64,000 nucleotides of DNA from an uncultured Thermococci archaeon. GTDB lineage: Archaea > CAYQAE01 > CAYVLA01. Both the position numbers and the translations under genes were made by a program. Location: assembly GCA_964549615.1 (NCBI GenBank), contig CAZJVP010000051.1, positions 1 through 64,000 of the forward strand. Direction: 5' to 3'. The notes below the pieces were generated by a model. It did not search any database. It was not told where the DNA came from and was given only the letters and a program-made list of their open reading frames with translations. This document shows, in pieces, positions 49,888 through 57,710 of the stretch; the first letter of the stretch is position 1, and every line of letters starts with the position of its first letter.

Positions 49888-50012
49888 GATCCCGAAATCG
49901 CTCGACGGTTTGGTTCGCGGGATGTAACGGGCTTAACCACGGAGAGTCGTTCTGTGGGATCCCTACGTCTTCATGGGCGGGGTCCGGCTCGGGTAGGCAG
50001 GAACTGAACTCT

Positions 50013-50026
50013 GGAAAAATTTAAAT
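50013..50026 (+). promoter_or_regulatory. BRE/TATA promoter of tRNA-Phe
   Basis: GGAAAAATTTAAAT about 25 bp upstream of the tRNA. Confidence 0.6.
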
Positions 50027-50050
50027 CAAATTCTGCCCCGGCCTAGCTAG

Positions 50051-50143
50051 GCCGAGGTAGCTCAGAGGGAGAGCGCCGGACTGAAGGCCTTCGAACAGGG
50101 GTCCGACATCCGGGTGTCGCGAGTTCGATTCTCGCCCTCGGCA
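50051..50143 (+). tRNA. tRNA-Phe(GAA) with canonical 37/38 intron (50087-50107)
   Basis: GCCGAGG/CCTCGGC acceptor; CCGGA-CTGAAG^A-TCCGG; GTTCGATT T-loop. Confidence 0.9.
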
Positions 50144-50181
50144 CTCTTTCTTCAGAGCTCTGCCAGGCCTCCGGTCCGAAA

Positions 50182-51795
50182 CTACGACACCAGCGTGACT
50201 CCGGGTATCAGCGGTATGTCTATCCCTTTGCGGAAGAAGCGCATCGAGTGCTCGTAGATCCCTTTCTCCGTGAACATCATCCTGATCCAGGTGCTTGGCC
50301 TGCAGAAGACGCCCCAAGGTAGCTTGAAGGGAGGCCCTCTCCTGATGTCCCAAAGCCTTCGGACGGGCCCTTTGCCGTCGATCTCCATCAGGTCGTAGCT
50401 CAGCCTCCTGTAGTCCCACTCCCCGCCAGTGAGGTCGGAGGCGAGCTTGATCCACCAGGGCGGGGAGCTGTCCTTGATGAGCGGCTCGGGGTCGCAGTCG
50501 AACTTCTTCCCGAACTCCCGGGACACGTCCATCATCCTGCCCGGCCAGTCCCGGTTGCCGATGCCGGTCATGATGTTGATGGCCGCCGTCTCCACCGCGA
50601 TCGGGTCCTTGCTTGCGCACGCGAAGCCGCCGAACTTGCGGGCGCCGAAGATGAGCGGTCCCTCGCCTTCCTGGCCGACGATCCCCGACAGGAGCCCGAA
50701 GCTCTTGGTCCCGTTCTTCGCCAGGAGATTGTGGACGGTTCCATTCAGGCTGGCCGCCCGGCTGGCCACGTAGCTCATGGCCATGATGAGGGTGACGAGG
50801 TTGTTTCCCTCAAGATGGTGGGGGTCGACCTGCATCAGCCACTGGCCTTCCTCTTTGTAGGCCTTCATGGGGGAGGTGGATTCCATCCCGTTCGTCACGA
50901 TGACCTCCCTTGACTTGGTCTCTTTCAGCTTCCTGACGCGCAGCACCTCGTACTTTATCTCCGGGTCGGGCGTGAAGTCGAAGGCCTCTGACGCCTTCTT
51001 CTGGTCGAAGTAGGCGAAGGGCATGCCGTGGGCGTGCCACCTGTTCTGTTTGGGGTTCCACCCGATCGCCGAATTCTTGACGCACAGCGTGTACATGGTG
51101 TTGTTATGCATCTTGGCAATGGGCAGGTTGAGGAAGTAGTTGTACTTCTCCTCCAGGAGGGACTGCGGGATCCGCGTCTTGGTGAAGAATCCCAGGTCGT
51201 TTCCCTTCGTCTCCAGGGGGTACTCGACCAATGGCTCCTCCTCGGCATAAAGGTCGATGAAGTAGACCTTGCCCTCGTACCCGGGCCTTGAGAAGACGTG
51301 CGCGTATCCATTTTCCAGGAAAGCCCTTGGGGTGCCTCCCTCCCACAACATCGTCTCGCCCAGGTGTACCTCTCCCACCCGCATATCGAGCAGCGCATCG
51401 ATCGCGCCCGCAACTACCGCCGGCTGCGTTGCGATCGGCTGCAGGTCAGGGTCGGTGACTATCTTGTTCCTTGCCAATATGGGCCTGCACAGCGGGCTGT
51501 TGTAGAAGACGCCTACGAATCCGGTATTGTTCGGCTTGACGAGGACCTTCGCCCCGTCAACCGGCTCATCCTTGAAAAGTTCCCTCGTGAGCAGATAGGA
51601 GGCGGCATAGTTTGCCGAGACCGGTTCCCGCCTGCCTGCGCTGACGAGATGAACGGTGGTCTTGCCCGAACCGAGGGACTTGACCTCCCTGGGTTTGATC
51701 TCCCTCGGTTTCCTGTACTTGGAAACGTTGACCTTGGGGACCAGCCATCCTTCCTGAGGTTTCAGCCATTCCTTTGGGTCATGCTTTGTGAACAA
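50182..51795 (-). CDS. DUF362 domain protein (putative Fe-S)
   Basis: VLVKPN, LPIAKMH...TLCVKN, GQEGEGP, SKDPIAVE. Confidence 0.78.
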   Translation of the reverse strand: MFTKHDPKEWLKPQEGWLVPKVNVSKYRKPREIKPREVKSLGSGKTTVHLVSAGRREPVSANYAASYLLTRELFKDEPVDGAKVLVKPNNTGFVGVFYNSPLCRPILARNKIVTDPDLQPIATQPAVVAGAIDALLDMRVGEVHLGETMLWEGGTPRAFLENGYAHVFSRPGYEGKVYFIDLYAEEEPLVEYPLETKGNDLGFFTKTRIPQSLLEEKYNYFLNLPIAKMHNNTMYTLCVKNSAIGWNPKQNRWHAHGMPFAYFDQKKASEAFDFTPDPEIKYEVLRVRKLKETKSREVIVTNGMESTSPMKAYKEEGQWLMQVDPHHLEGNNLVTLIMAMSYVASRAASLNGTVHNLLAKNGTKSFGLLSGIVGQEGEGPLIFGARKFGGFACASKDPIAVETAAINIMTGIGNRDWPGRMMDVSREFGKKFDCDPEPLIKDSSPPWWIKLASDLTGGEWDYRRLSYDLMEIDGKGPVRRLWDIRRGPPFKLPWGVFCRPSTWIRMMFTEKGIYEHSMRFFRKGIDIPLIPGVTLVS

Positions 51796-51851
51796 TCTCC
51801 GTCGCCTCCTGCATGCTTCCGGTTGATGCGCAATCCAGAGTTAGATAAGTG

Positions 51852-52898
51852 CTATCCTCCGCCGTGATATCTGTCGTAGAAATCCAGTATCTCCTTTGGG
51901 GTGGCCGTTCCGGTCGTCCCGATCTTCTTTATCGTGACTTTGGCTGCCATGTCGCCGATCTCGGCAGCCTCAAGTAGGGTCGCGCCGCACGCCAGCGACC
52001 CCGCAATGCCCGCATCAACAGTATCGCCTGCTCCGCAGGTGTCTATCTCGCCCCCGATGACTACGGGGGGGACTTGTTGGACGGCGTCGCGATCGAATAT
52101 GGTGATCGCCTTCGGCCCTCTCTTGACGAACACCGGCTTGCCCAGGAGAGAGTTAAGCGTGCGCCCGGCCTTCTCGACGACGTCGTCGGGTGGAAGGCCG
52201 GCCATGCTATCCTCGTAGAGCCCTGTGCCCACCGTGGCCTCGTACTCGTTGGGGGCGGCCATCGTGTTCTTGAAGAGCTGTATTCTGACCCTGCTGTCCG
52301 ATATGATGGGCATATCGACCTCTCCAGCGATCCTCACCAGCTCTTGCAAGACCTTCTTGGTTATCACGGCGATCCCTGGCTTGTCCGCATAGTCGGCGAT
52401 GATCATAGCATCCACCAAGTCCTTGGCCTCGTTGAGCGATTCCAAGATCCTGTCCTCGCTAGCCTTGCTTATGGGGGAGACGTTCTCGATGTCCACCCTG
52501 CCAACCTGCTGTATTCGGCTTCCATGGGCAGAGGCGAAAAACTTCTCGAAGGTCGGAGTCACCCTGGACTCATCGACGACGATGTACCGGGTGTCCATCT
52601 TCCGGGCCTTGAGCTGCTTGGTGAGTTCGAACCCATGTAGATCCTCTCCGAAGACGCTGATGGGATACGTCTTGGGCCCGAAGTCCGCCACGTTTGCGCA
52701 TACGTTCGCCCCGCCGCCCGGCGAGTAGGTATCGGCTCCCCTTCCTCTGAGCCTCACGATCGGAACGGGAGCTTCCCTTGCTATCCCTTCCATGGTCCCG
52801 ATTCCGTATCTGTCAAGGTAAAGGTCACCGATCACTGCGATCTTTCGCTTGGATGCCTTGGATAGTATCTCTTGGAGCCTACTTCTGGAAATCGTCAC
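51852..52898 (-). CDS. PfkB family kinase (RfaE/HldE kinase domain-like)
   Basis: VIGDLYLD, AREAPVP, PGGGANV, PNEYE, DTCGAGDT. Confidence 0.88.
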   Translation of the reverse strand: MTISRSRLQEILSKASKRKIAVIGDLYLDRYGIGTMEGIAREAPVPIVRLRGRGADTYSPGGGANVCANVADFGPKTYPISVFGEDLHGFELTKQLKARKMDTRYIVVDESRVTPTFEKFFASAHGSRIQQVGRVDIENVSPISKASEDRILESLNEAKDLVDAMIIADYADKPGIAVITKKVLQELVRIAGEVDMPIISDSRVRIQLFKNTMAAPNEYEATVGTGLYEDSMAGLPPDDVVEKAGRTLNSLLGKPVFVKRGPKAITIFDRDAVQQVPPVVIGGEIDTCGAGDTVDAGIAGSLACGATLLEAAEIGDMAAKVTIKKIGTTGTATPKEILDFYDRYHGGG

Positions 52899-52963
52899 GC
52901 GGATTTCTCCTCGGCCGCAAGTTCGGACGCATGCTTGAAAACTCTCACGATCGGACCGAAAGC

Positions 52964-53881
52964 CTAGCGGCCCAGCGTCGTTTGCCGGGGGCCTCGGTCG
53001 AGGGAGCTGGCGATCGCGCCGATCGCCCTGCCGACCGTTGCCTCCGAAAGTTTCATGTCCCGGACGAGGTAGGCATGCGCGGCCGTCGGGTCAGGCCGCC
53101 GCAAGGACGATCTCCAGGCTGGGTTGACAGGCGGGTCTAGGTAGTACCTCTTGATGCGTAGAAACGTTCTTTCCATTTCGCCGTCCAGCCCCATCTGGGC
53201 TAGGACCGCGCTTATCGTGCGGAAGGTTCTGAGAAGCCGAAGGGATCTCTTCGGGCCCAGCCCCTTCACTCCGCCAGGGTTGTAATCCGTACCACTGAGA
53301 AGGGCCAGATCTATCAGCTGCCCCAGGTCCATGTCGAGTTTCTCAAGCACCTCCGGGAGGGCGCACGTCTCCGCACCCGTCTTGGACAGACGTATGATCA
53401 TCCGTGAAGCTCCAAAAAGCAGGGCATCGAAGTCGTTGGTCAGGGCTGCCCAGCACCCTCGTTTGGTCATGTATGCGGCCTGAGCCTCTGCTTCCTCAGG
53501 AGCCTGTACCCAGGGGACGCCCAGCACGTCCAGCGCCGCCTTCATCTGCTGCTTCATGGTCTCATCCAGGATGAAGCCCCTTCTTGCAGCCTCGACCGAG
53601 CGCTTGCGCATGGTCTCGTCTTTCAGTGCGGGCGTCTCCCCGTCGAAGACGAAGATGGGTCTGAGGCGGACTTGGCAGAGGGCCGCGACCTCGTTGCAAA
53701 GTCCGATGAGGTGACCGATCACCAGGCCGTCGGAGTTCCTGTACGGGGAACCGGTCGAGTCCCTGATCTGGAACAGGTGCCTATAGATCAGGTTCGCGGT
53801 GTCCACTGCCACCGTCCGCGACGCCAGAGCCGACGCCTCGACGTACGTGCGTGGAACGAGCTTCCCCAACTTCGCCCCCGT
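52964..53881 (-). CDS. Divergent FEN1/XPG-family 5' nuclease (ACG start proposed; TTG 53869 alternative)
   Basis: AVD..N, FVFDG, EAEAQ, NDFD, GTDYNPGGVKGLG, C-terminal RQTTL. Confidence 0.85.
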   Translation of the reverse strand, partial: TGAKLGKLVPRTYVEASALASRTVAVDTANLIYRHLFQIRDSTGSPYRNSDGLVIGHLIGLCNEVAALCQVRLRPIFVFDGETPALKDETMRKRSVEAARRGFILDETMKQQMKAALDVLGVPWVQAPEEAEAQAAYMTKRGCWAALTNDFDALLFGASRMIIRLSKTGAETCALPEVLEKLDMDLGQLIDLALLSGTDYNPGGVKGLGPKRSLRLLRTFRTISAVLAQMGLDGEMERTFLRIKRYYLDPPVNPAWRSSLRRPDPTAAHAYLVRDMKLSEATVGRAIGAIASSLDRGPRQTTLGR

Positions 53882-53891
53882 GGTGATCCCT

Positions 53892-54293
53892 CTAGCCCTT
53901 GATGATGTTGATCTCCAGTCTGCGCCGTCTTGGGCCGTCGAACTCGCAGAAGAAGATGGCCTGCCAGGTCCCGAGGCTCAGCCTCCCGTCCCTTATGGCC
54001 AAGGTCACCGAGTGGCCCAGAAGGCTGGACTTTATGTGGGCGGCGGAGTTACCCTCGGCGTGGCGGTAGGAGTTCCCCCAGGGCACAAGCTTCTCGAGCT
54101 TCGCCATTATGTCCTCGACGACGTCTGGGTCGGCACCCTCATTGATCATGATGCCGGCCGTGGTGTGGGGAACACAGATGACGCAGATGCCCTCGTCGAC
54201 CTTGCTTCCGCGGACGGCCGACTCGACGCGGTCGGTGACGTCCAGGGCTTGGGTTCTGGAAGAAGTGCCGATCTCAAGCTCGCAAGCGATCAT
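53892..54293 (-). CDS. YjbQ/UPF0047 family protein
   Basis: PHTTAGIMINE, GNSAAHIKS, LGTWQ, EFDGPR. Confidence 0.92.
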   Translation of the reverse strand: MIACELEIGTSSRTQALDVTDRVESAVRGSKVDEGICVICVPHTTAGIMINEGADPDVVEDIMAKLEKLVPWGNSYRHAEGNSAAHIKSSLLGHSVTLAIRDGRLSLGTWQAIFFCEFDGPRRRRLEINIIKG

Positions 54294-54407
54294 TGCCGTC
54301 TGCCCTTCGAAGCCGGTTCGGACCTAGCTTATCTTTGCTTTCATCTGGGCATGCGATGCTGGCTGAACAACATTAAAGATCGAAACGCCAAAGATGGCGC
54401 CATCCCG

Positions 54408-55178
54408 GTGGTTTCCGTTCCACTTTTCGATCGCCTGAAGTACAGGGCGGGCATATTCGATCTGCGCGGGACCCTCGTCGATCTGGATGGTCGCTACAAG
54501 AAAGTCCTCTATCTGAAGACCGTAAGGGATTTCGGAAGGCGAACAGGCAACCGGTATTTGAGTTCATTCAACGAATCCGACTTGGAGCAGCTTCTCAGGA
54601 TGAGTGCCTCCAAGAGGGCCGAGGCATTGGAGCGGTTCGGGCTGGACCAGGAGACCTTCAACGAGGCCTGGCTCACTGACGATGCCCTGGCGATCAGGAT
54701 GAGGTACAGCCAGGTGCAGCCCGATGCTCGCGTGCTTCGGGTACTAAAGAGCAAGGGGGTTAAGCTTGGGATCGTGACCTCGGCCGTGAAGAGGGCCGCC
54801 GACATGGACGTGGGCCTACTGAAGGGCAAGATCGGCAGCAGGATATTCGACGAAGTCGTGATGACCTCCTACGAGCCAACCCTTGCGCCCAAGCCCGATC
54901 CATCCGCCATAAGGGCCTGCATGGCGAGGATGTCCGTCTCGCCCGACCAGACCTTCGGGGTTGGCAACTCTGACCGGGACATCGCCGCCTACAAGGCCGC
55001 AGGCATCCTCGACATCCTGATAGAGAGGCCAGGCGCGCTGGAGATGGGGGCTTCCGTAGAGAGAGGGTTGAAAGCGTCGATCAAGATCTCCAGCCTCGAG
55101 GAGCTAATCCCCATAGTCATACAGAGGGGATGGGTGTCAAGGCTCCTGTGGCGTCGACCCGTGCCTTCGGCGGTCTGA
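54408..55178 (+). CDS. HAD superfamily hydrolase
   Basis: FDLRGTLVD, GIVTS, KPDP, VGNSDRD. Confidence 0.82.
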   Translation: MVSVPLFDRLKYRAGIFDLRGTLVDLDGRYKKVLYLKTVRDFGRRTGNRYLSSFNESDLEQLLRMSASKRAEALERFGLDQETFNEAWLTDDALAIRMRYSQVQPDARVLRVLKSKGVKLGIVTSAVKRAADMDVGLLKGKIGSRIFDEVVMTSYEPTLAPKPDPSAIRACMARMSVSPDQTFGVGNSDRDIAAYKAAGILDILIERPGALEMGASVERGLKASIKISSLEELIPIVIQRGWVSRLLWRRPVPSAV

Positions 55179-55223
55179 TCCTCCTCCGAGCTCAGGCCGG
55201 GGGCTAGACCGAGCCTTCACAGC

Positions 55224-56414
55224 TCAGGCCAGGCCTAGGTCCCTGTTGATCTCCTCTTGGTATACCTCCACCTTGCAATCCAAGATGTCCTTGATGCTCA
55301 CCACTTCGCCCGTTGCAGAGGACTCGAATATCCCCATCGGGAGGGCTTCTGCTTCGGCGCCGAGCCGGCCATCGACCTCCACCTTGCCTCCGTCGAGCAC
55401 CGCCCTGGCGAAATCCCAGATCTCGATCGCCACCGTGGAGTTGAAGTCCCGTCTCATGCCGATGCCTCCTGGGAAGAGCTTAGCCTTCTGGTCGTCGCTC
55501 AGCTCTCTCAGCATCCAGCGTATGAGCCCGTCGACCGGCACGACGTGCTGACCGGGAACGTCCTCGGTCATGCTGCAAAGGCCCTTGTCCCAGCCCACGG
55601 ATCCTCTTGAGCCGTAGATGACCCTCTGCTCAAGGGACTCTCCCGGCGCGACGTTGCTCCAGGTCCACACCCCGCTCGACCCGCTCTTGAACTTCATCAG
55701 GGCGAGGCTCAGGTCCTCCACCGTGTACGGTGTCGGGTCCTTGCGCTCCGGCCACGAGCCGTACCTTACGCGCTCTAATGTCTTGGTTATCGCCGCCACC
55801 TTGTCTATGGGTCCCATGTTGTAGATGAAAAGGTCCGCATAGTGCACCCCCCCATCCAAGATCCAGCCCCCTCCAGCCTTCATCTTGTCGTGTCTCCAGC
55901 CCCATGCACCTAGGGAGTAGCTCAGCTGCTGCCAGAATATCATCCTTGGGTCCCCGATCTTTCCGGTGGAGATTGCCCAGTTTATAGCGCGGTTCTCGGC
56001 ACCCCTGCGATAGTTCTCGGCAACCGCGAGGATGAGGCCGTGGTCGTCGGCGGAGTCTATCATCGCCTTGCAGGCGCGCATCGTAATGCCCAGAGGCTTC
56101 TCCACGATGACGTGCTTTCCGGCCTCCATGCAGGCCAGTGCAATGGTGTGGTGGGATCGGTGTTCGGTGCAGATGTCAACTGCATCGATCTCCTCGGAGG
56201 CCAGCATCTTCTCGAGGTCCGTATACGCCTTAGGCATCTGCTTCTGAAACGCTGCTAAGTCTTTCGCCCTCTTCTGCGCAGCACCTTCGATCAGGTCGCA
56301 TGTTGCAACGACCTGCACGTCCGTCAGGCCCGCCGCGTTTAGCTGCCGAAGGCCCTCTACGTGGGCCCCAGATATTCCGCCGCACCCGATGAGTGCCATC
56401 CTGAGGGCAGCCAT
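55224..56414 (-). CDS. Gfo/Idh/MocA family oxidoreductase
   Basis: GCGGIS, HVIVEKP, AENYR, GGG..LDGGVH. Confidence 0.92.
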   Translation of the reverse strand: MAALRMALIGCGGISGAHVEGLRQLNAAGLTDVQVVATCDLIEGAAQKRAKDLAAFQKQMPKAYTDLEKMLASEEIDAVDICTEHRSHHTIALACMEAGKHVIVEKPLGITMRACKAMIDSADDHGLILAVAENYRRGAENRAINWAISTGKIGDPRMIFWQQLSYSLGAWGWRHDKMKAGGGWILDGGVHYADLFIYNMGPIDKVAAITKTLERVRYGSWPERKDPTPYTVEDLSLALMKFKSGSSGVWTWSNVAPGESLEQRVIYGSRGSVGWDKGLCSMTEDVPGQHVVPVDGLIRWMLRELSDDQKAKLFPGGIGMRRDFNSTVAIEIWDFARAVLDGGKVEVDGRLGAEAEALPMGIFESSATGEVVSIKDILDCKVEVYQEEINRDLGLA

Positions 56415-56500
56415 CTCGGTCACTGGCGCGCGCCTCGGTCCGGGCAAATATAAATGAGAACCGCGAGCCTCTTCAGGCTTGGCCGGCCCTACCAGCGTGG

Positions 56501-57358
56501 TCAATGACCTTTGCCCGCCTCAACGGGTCGGTCGCCGGCAAGCTGGGCTGGCGCTTTGGCGAAGTAGGTGACGATGACCAACCATGCCATGAAGAACCCG
56601 AAGCCGATCGCCGTGTGATAGTTCACCGCGACTTGGCCCCAGGCGATCACAGCGAAGACCACCGCGACGAGCCTCATTATGCTCGCAAGGTAGAATCCGA
56701 GCAGCGCTGCCGCGATCCAGCCCAGCTTCCTCGCGGTACTCTGCTTAGATTCGAGTATCGGGACGCACCCTATGAAGGCGAAAGCCATTATGCCCTTGAT
56801 GCCGGTGCAGCCATAATCGACCAAGAGCCCGCTCGGCGTGGAATCGGGAAGGAGGATCTTTGCTCCTTGGCTGGTGACCCGTCCACCGAGCATCCTCACC
56901 AGGGAGGCGACTACGCTGGCTAGCGTCTCTGCATAGCCCATGCGGTCGACGCAGAAACGTTCAACCGAGTAACCGGCGCCGATGATCCCGAGGAAGAGAG
57001 CGGGAACCCAGAAGACGACCAAGGGCCGGTAACCAAATAGCATTAGACAGAGGGCGAGGAAGACGCCGAGCATATCGAAGAGGCCGAAGATTCGGCTGGC
57101 TGGGTCTTGCAACAAAGACCTTATGACAACGCCGGCAATGAGTGCGGCGCCTAGAGCAACCTCCCAAAGCCTCGGCCTTTGCGCCAGACGGGGGTCCTTC
57201 TCCAAGTCACCCCATCTGAAGCCAAACCAGATCACCATGGTGAGTGGAACGACCCAGAAATACGTCCGGCTCGTGTGAAGCACGTAGAAGGTGAAGGGGT
57301 TGAGCAAGGCTAGGCAGAACAGGATGAGCAGCAGATGGAGTCGGCGCAGGGTCACCAT
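56501..57358 (-). CDS. Exosortase/archaeosortase family protein
   Basis: Multi-TM with Cys (YGCTG), Arg (IMRL) and His (NYHT) triad in the expected order. Confidence 0.8.
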   Translation of the reverse strand: MVTLRRLHLLLILFCLALLNPFTFYVLHTSRTYFWVVPLTMVIWFGFRWGDLEKDPRLAQRPRLWEVALGAALIAGVVIRSLLQDPASRIFGLFDMLGVFLALCLMLFGYRPLVVFWVPALFLGIIGAGYSVERFCVDRMGYAETLASVVASLVRMLGGRVTSQGAKILLPDSTPSGLLVDYGCTGIKGIMAFAFIGCVPILESKQSTARKLGWIAAALLGFYLASIMRLVAVVFAVIAWGQVAVNYHTAIGFGFFMAWLVIVTYFAKAPAQLAGDRPVEAGKGH

Positions 57359-57522
57359 CGTCCCTCCAAACGCCTTGGGCCGCGGCGTGTTTAATGCTTG
57401 CCCCTGCGGGAAGCGGGGATCGGGAAGGTCTCAATCCTGGGCCTGGACGCCTCCTGGCCGGGCCCGCCGGGCATGCACCTACAAGCAGGAAAGCGCGATT
57501 TTAGGCCGCATGCGCGGTCGCG

Positions 57523-57564
57523 GGACGTTAGAGCACGGATGATGGAGCGCGGATGTTAGAGCGC
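57523..57564. repeat. Degenerate 14-bp tandem repeat x3 (GGAYGWTRGAGCRC)
   Basis: GGACGTTAGAGCAC / GGATGATGGAGCGC / GGATGTTAGAGCGC. Confidence 0.7.
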
Positions 57565-57710
57565 GCATGGCAGTCGAACGGCAACGTCACGAACCAAACC
57601 GTCCAAGATCCAAGCATGCCCGCCCACGGGAACCCCCCGACGTTGACCGGAAATCCCTTGACAAGAGATAAATACCGATCGGGCGGTGCGTGATGGGTGG
57701 GCGCCGAAGG

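Noticed and set aside
53799-54407. N-terminal 200 aa of the 459-aa ORF as a fused domain
   Set aside because: It is antisense to yjbQ; the HAD domain starts near 54408 after its own TATA-like box
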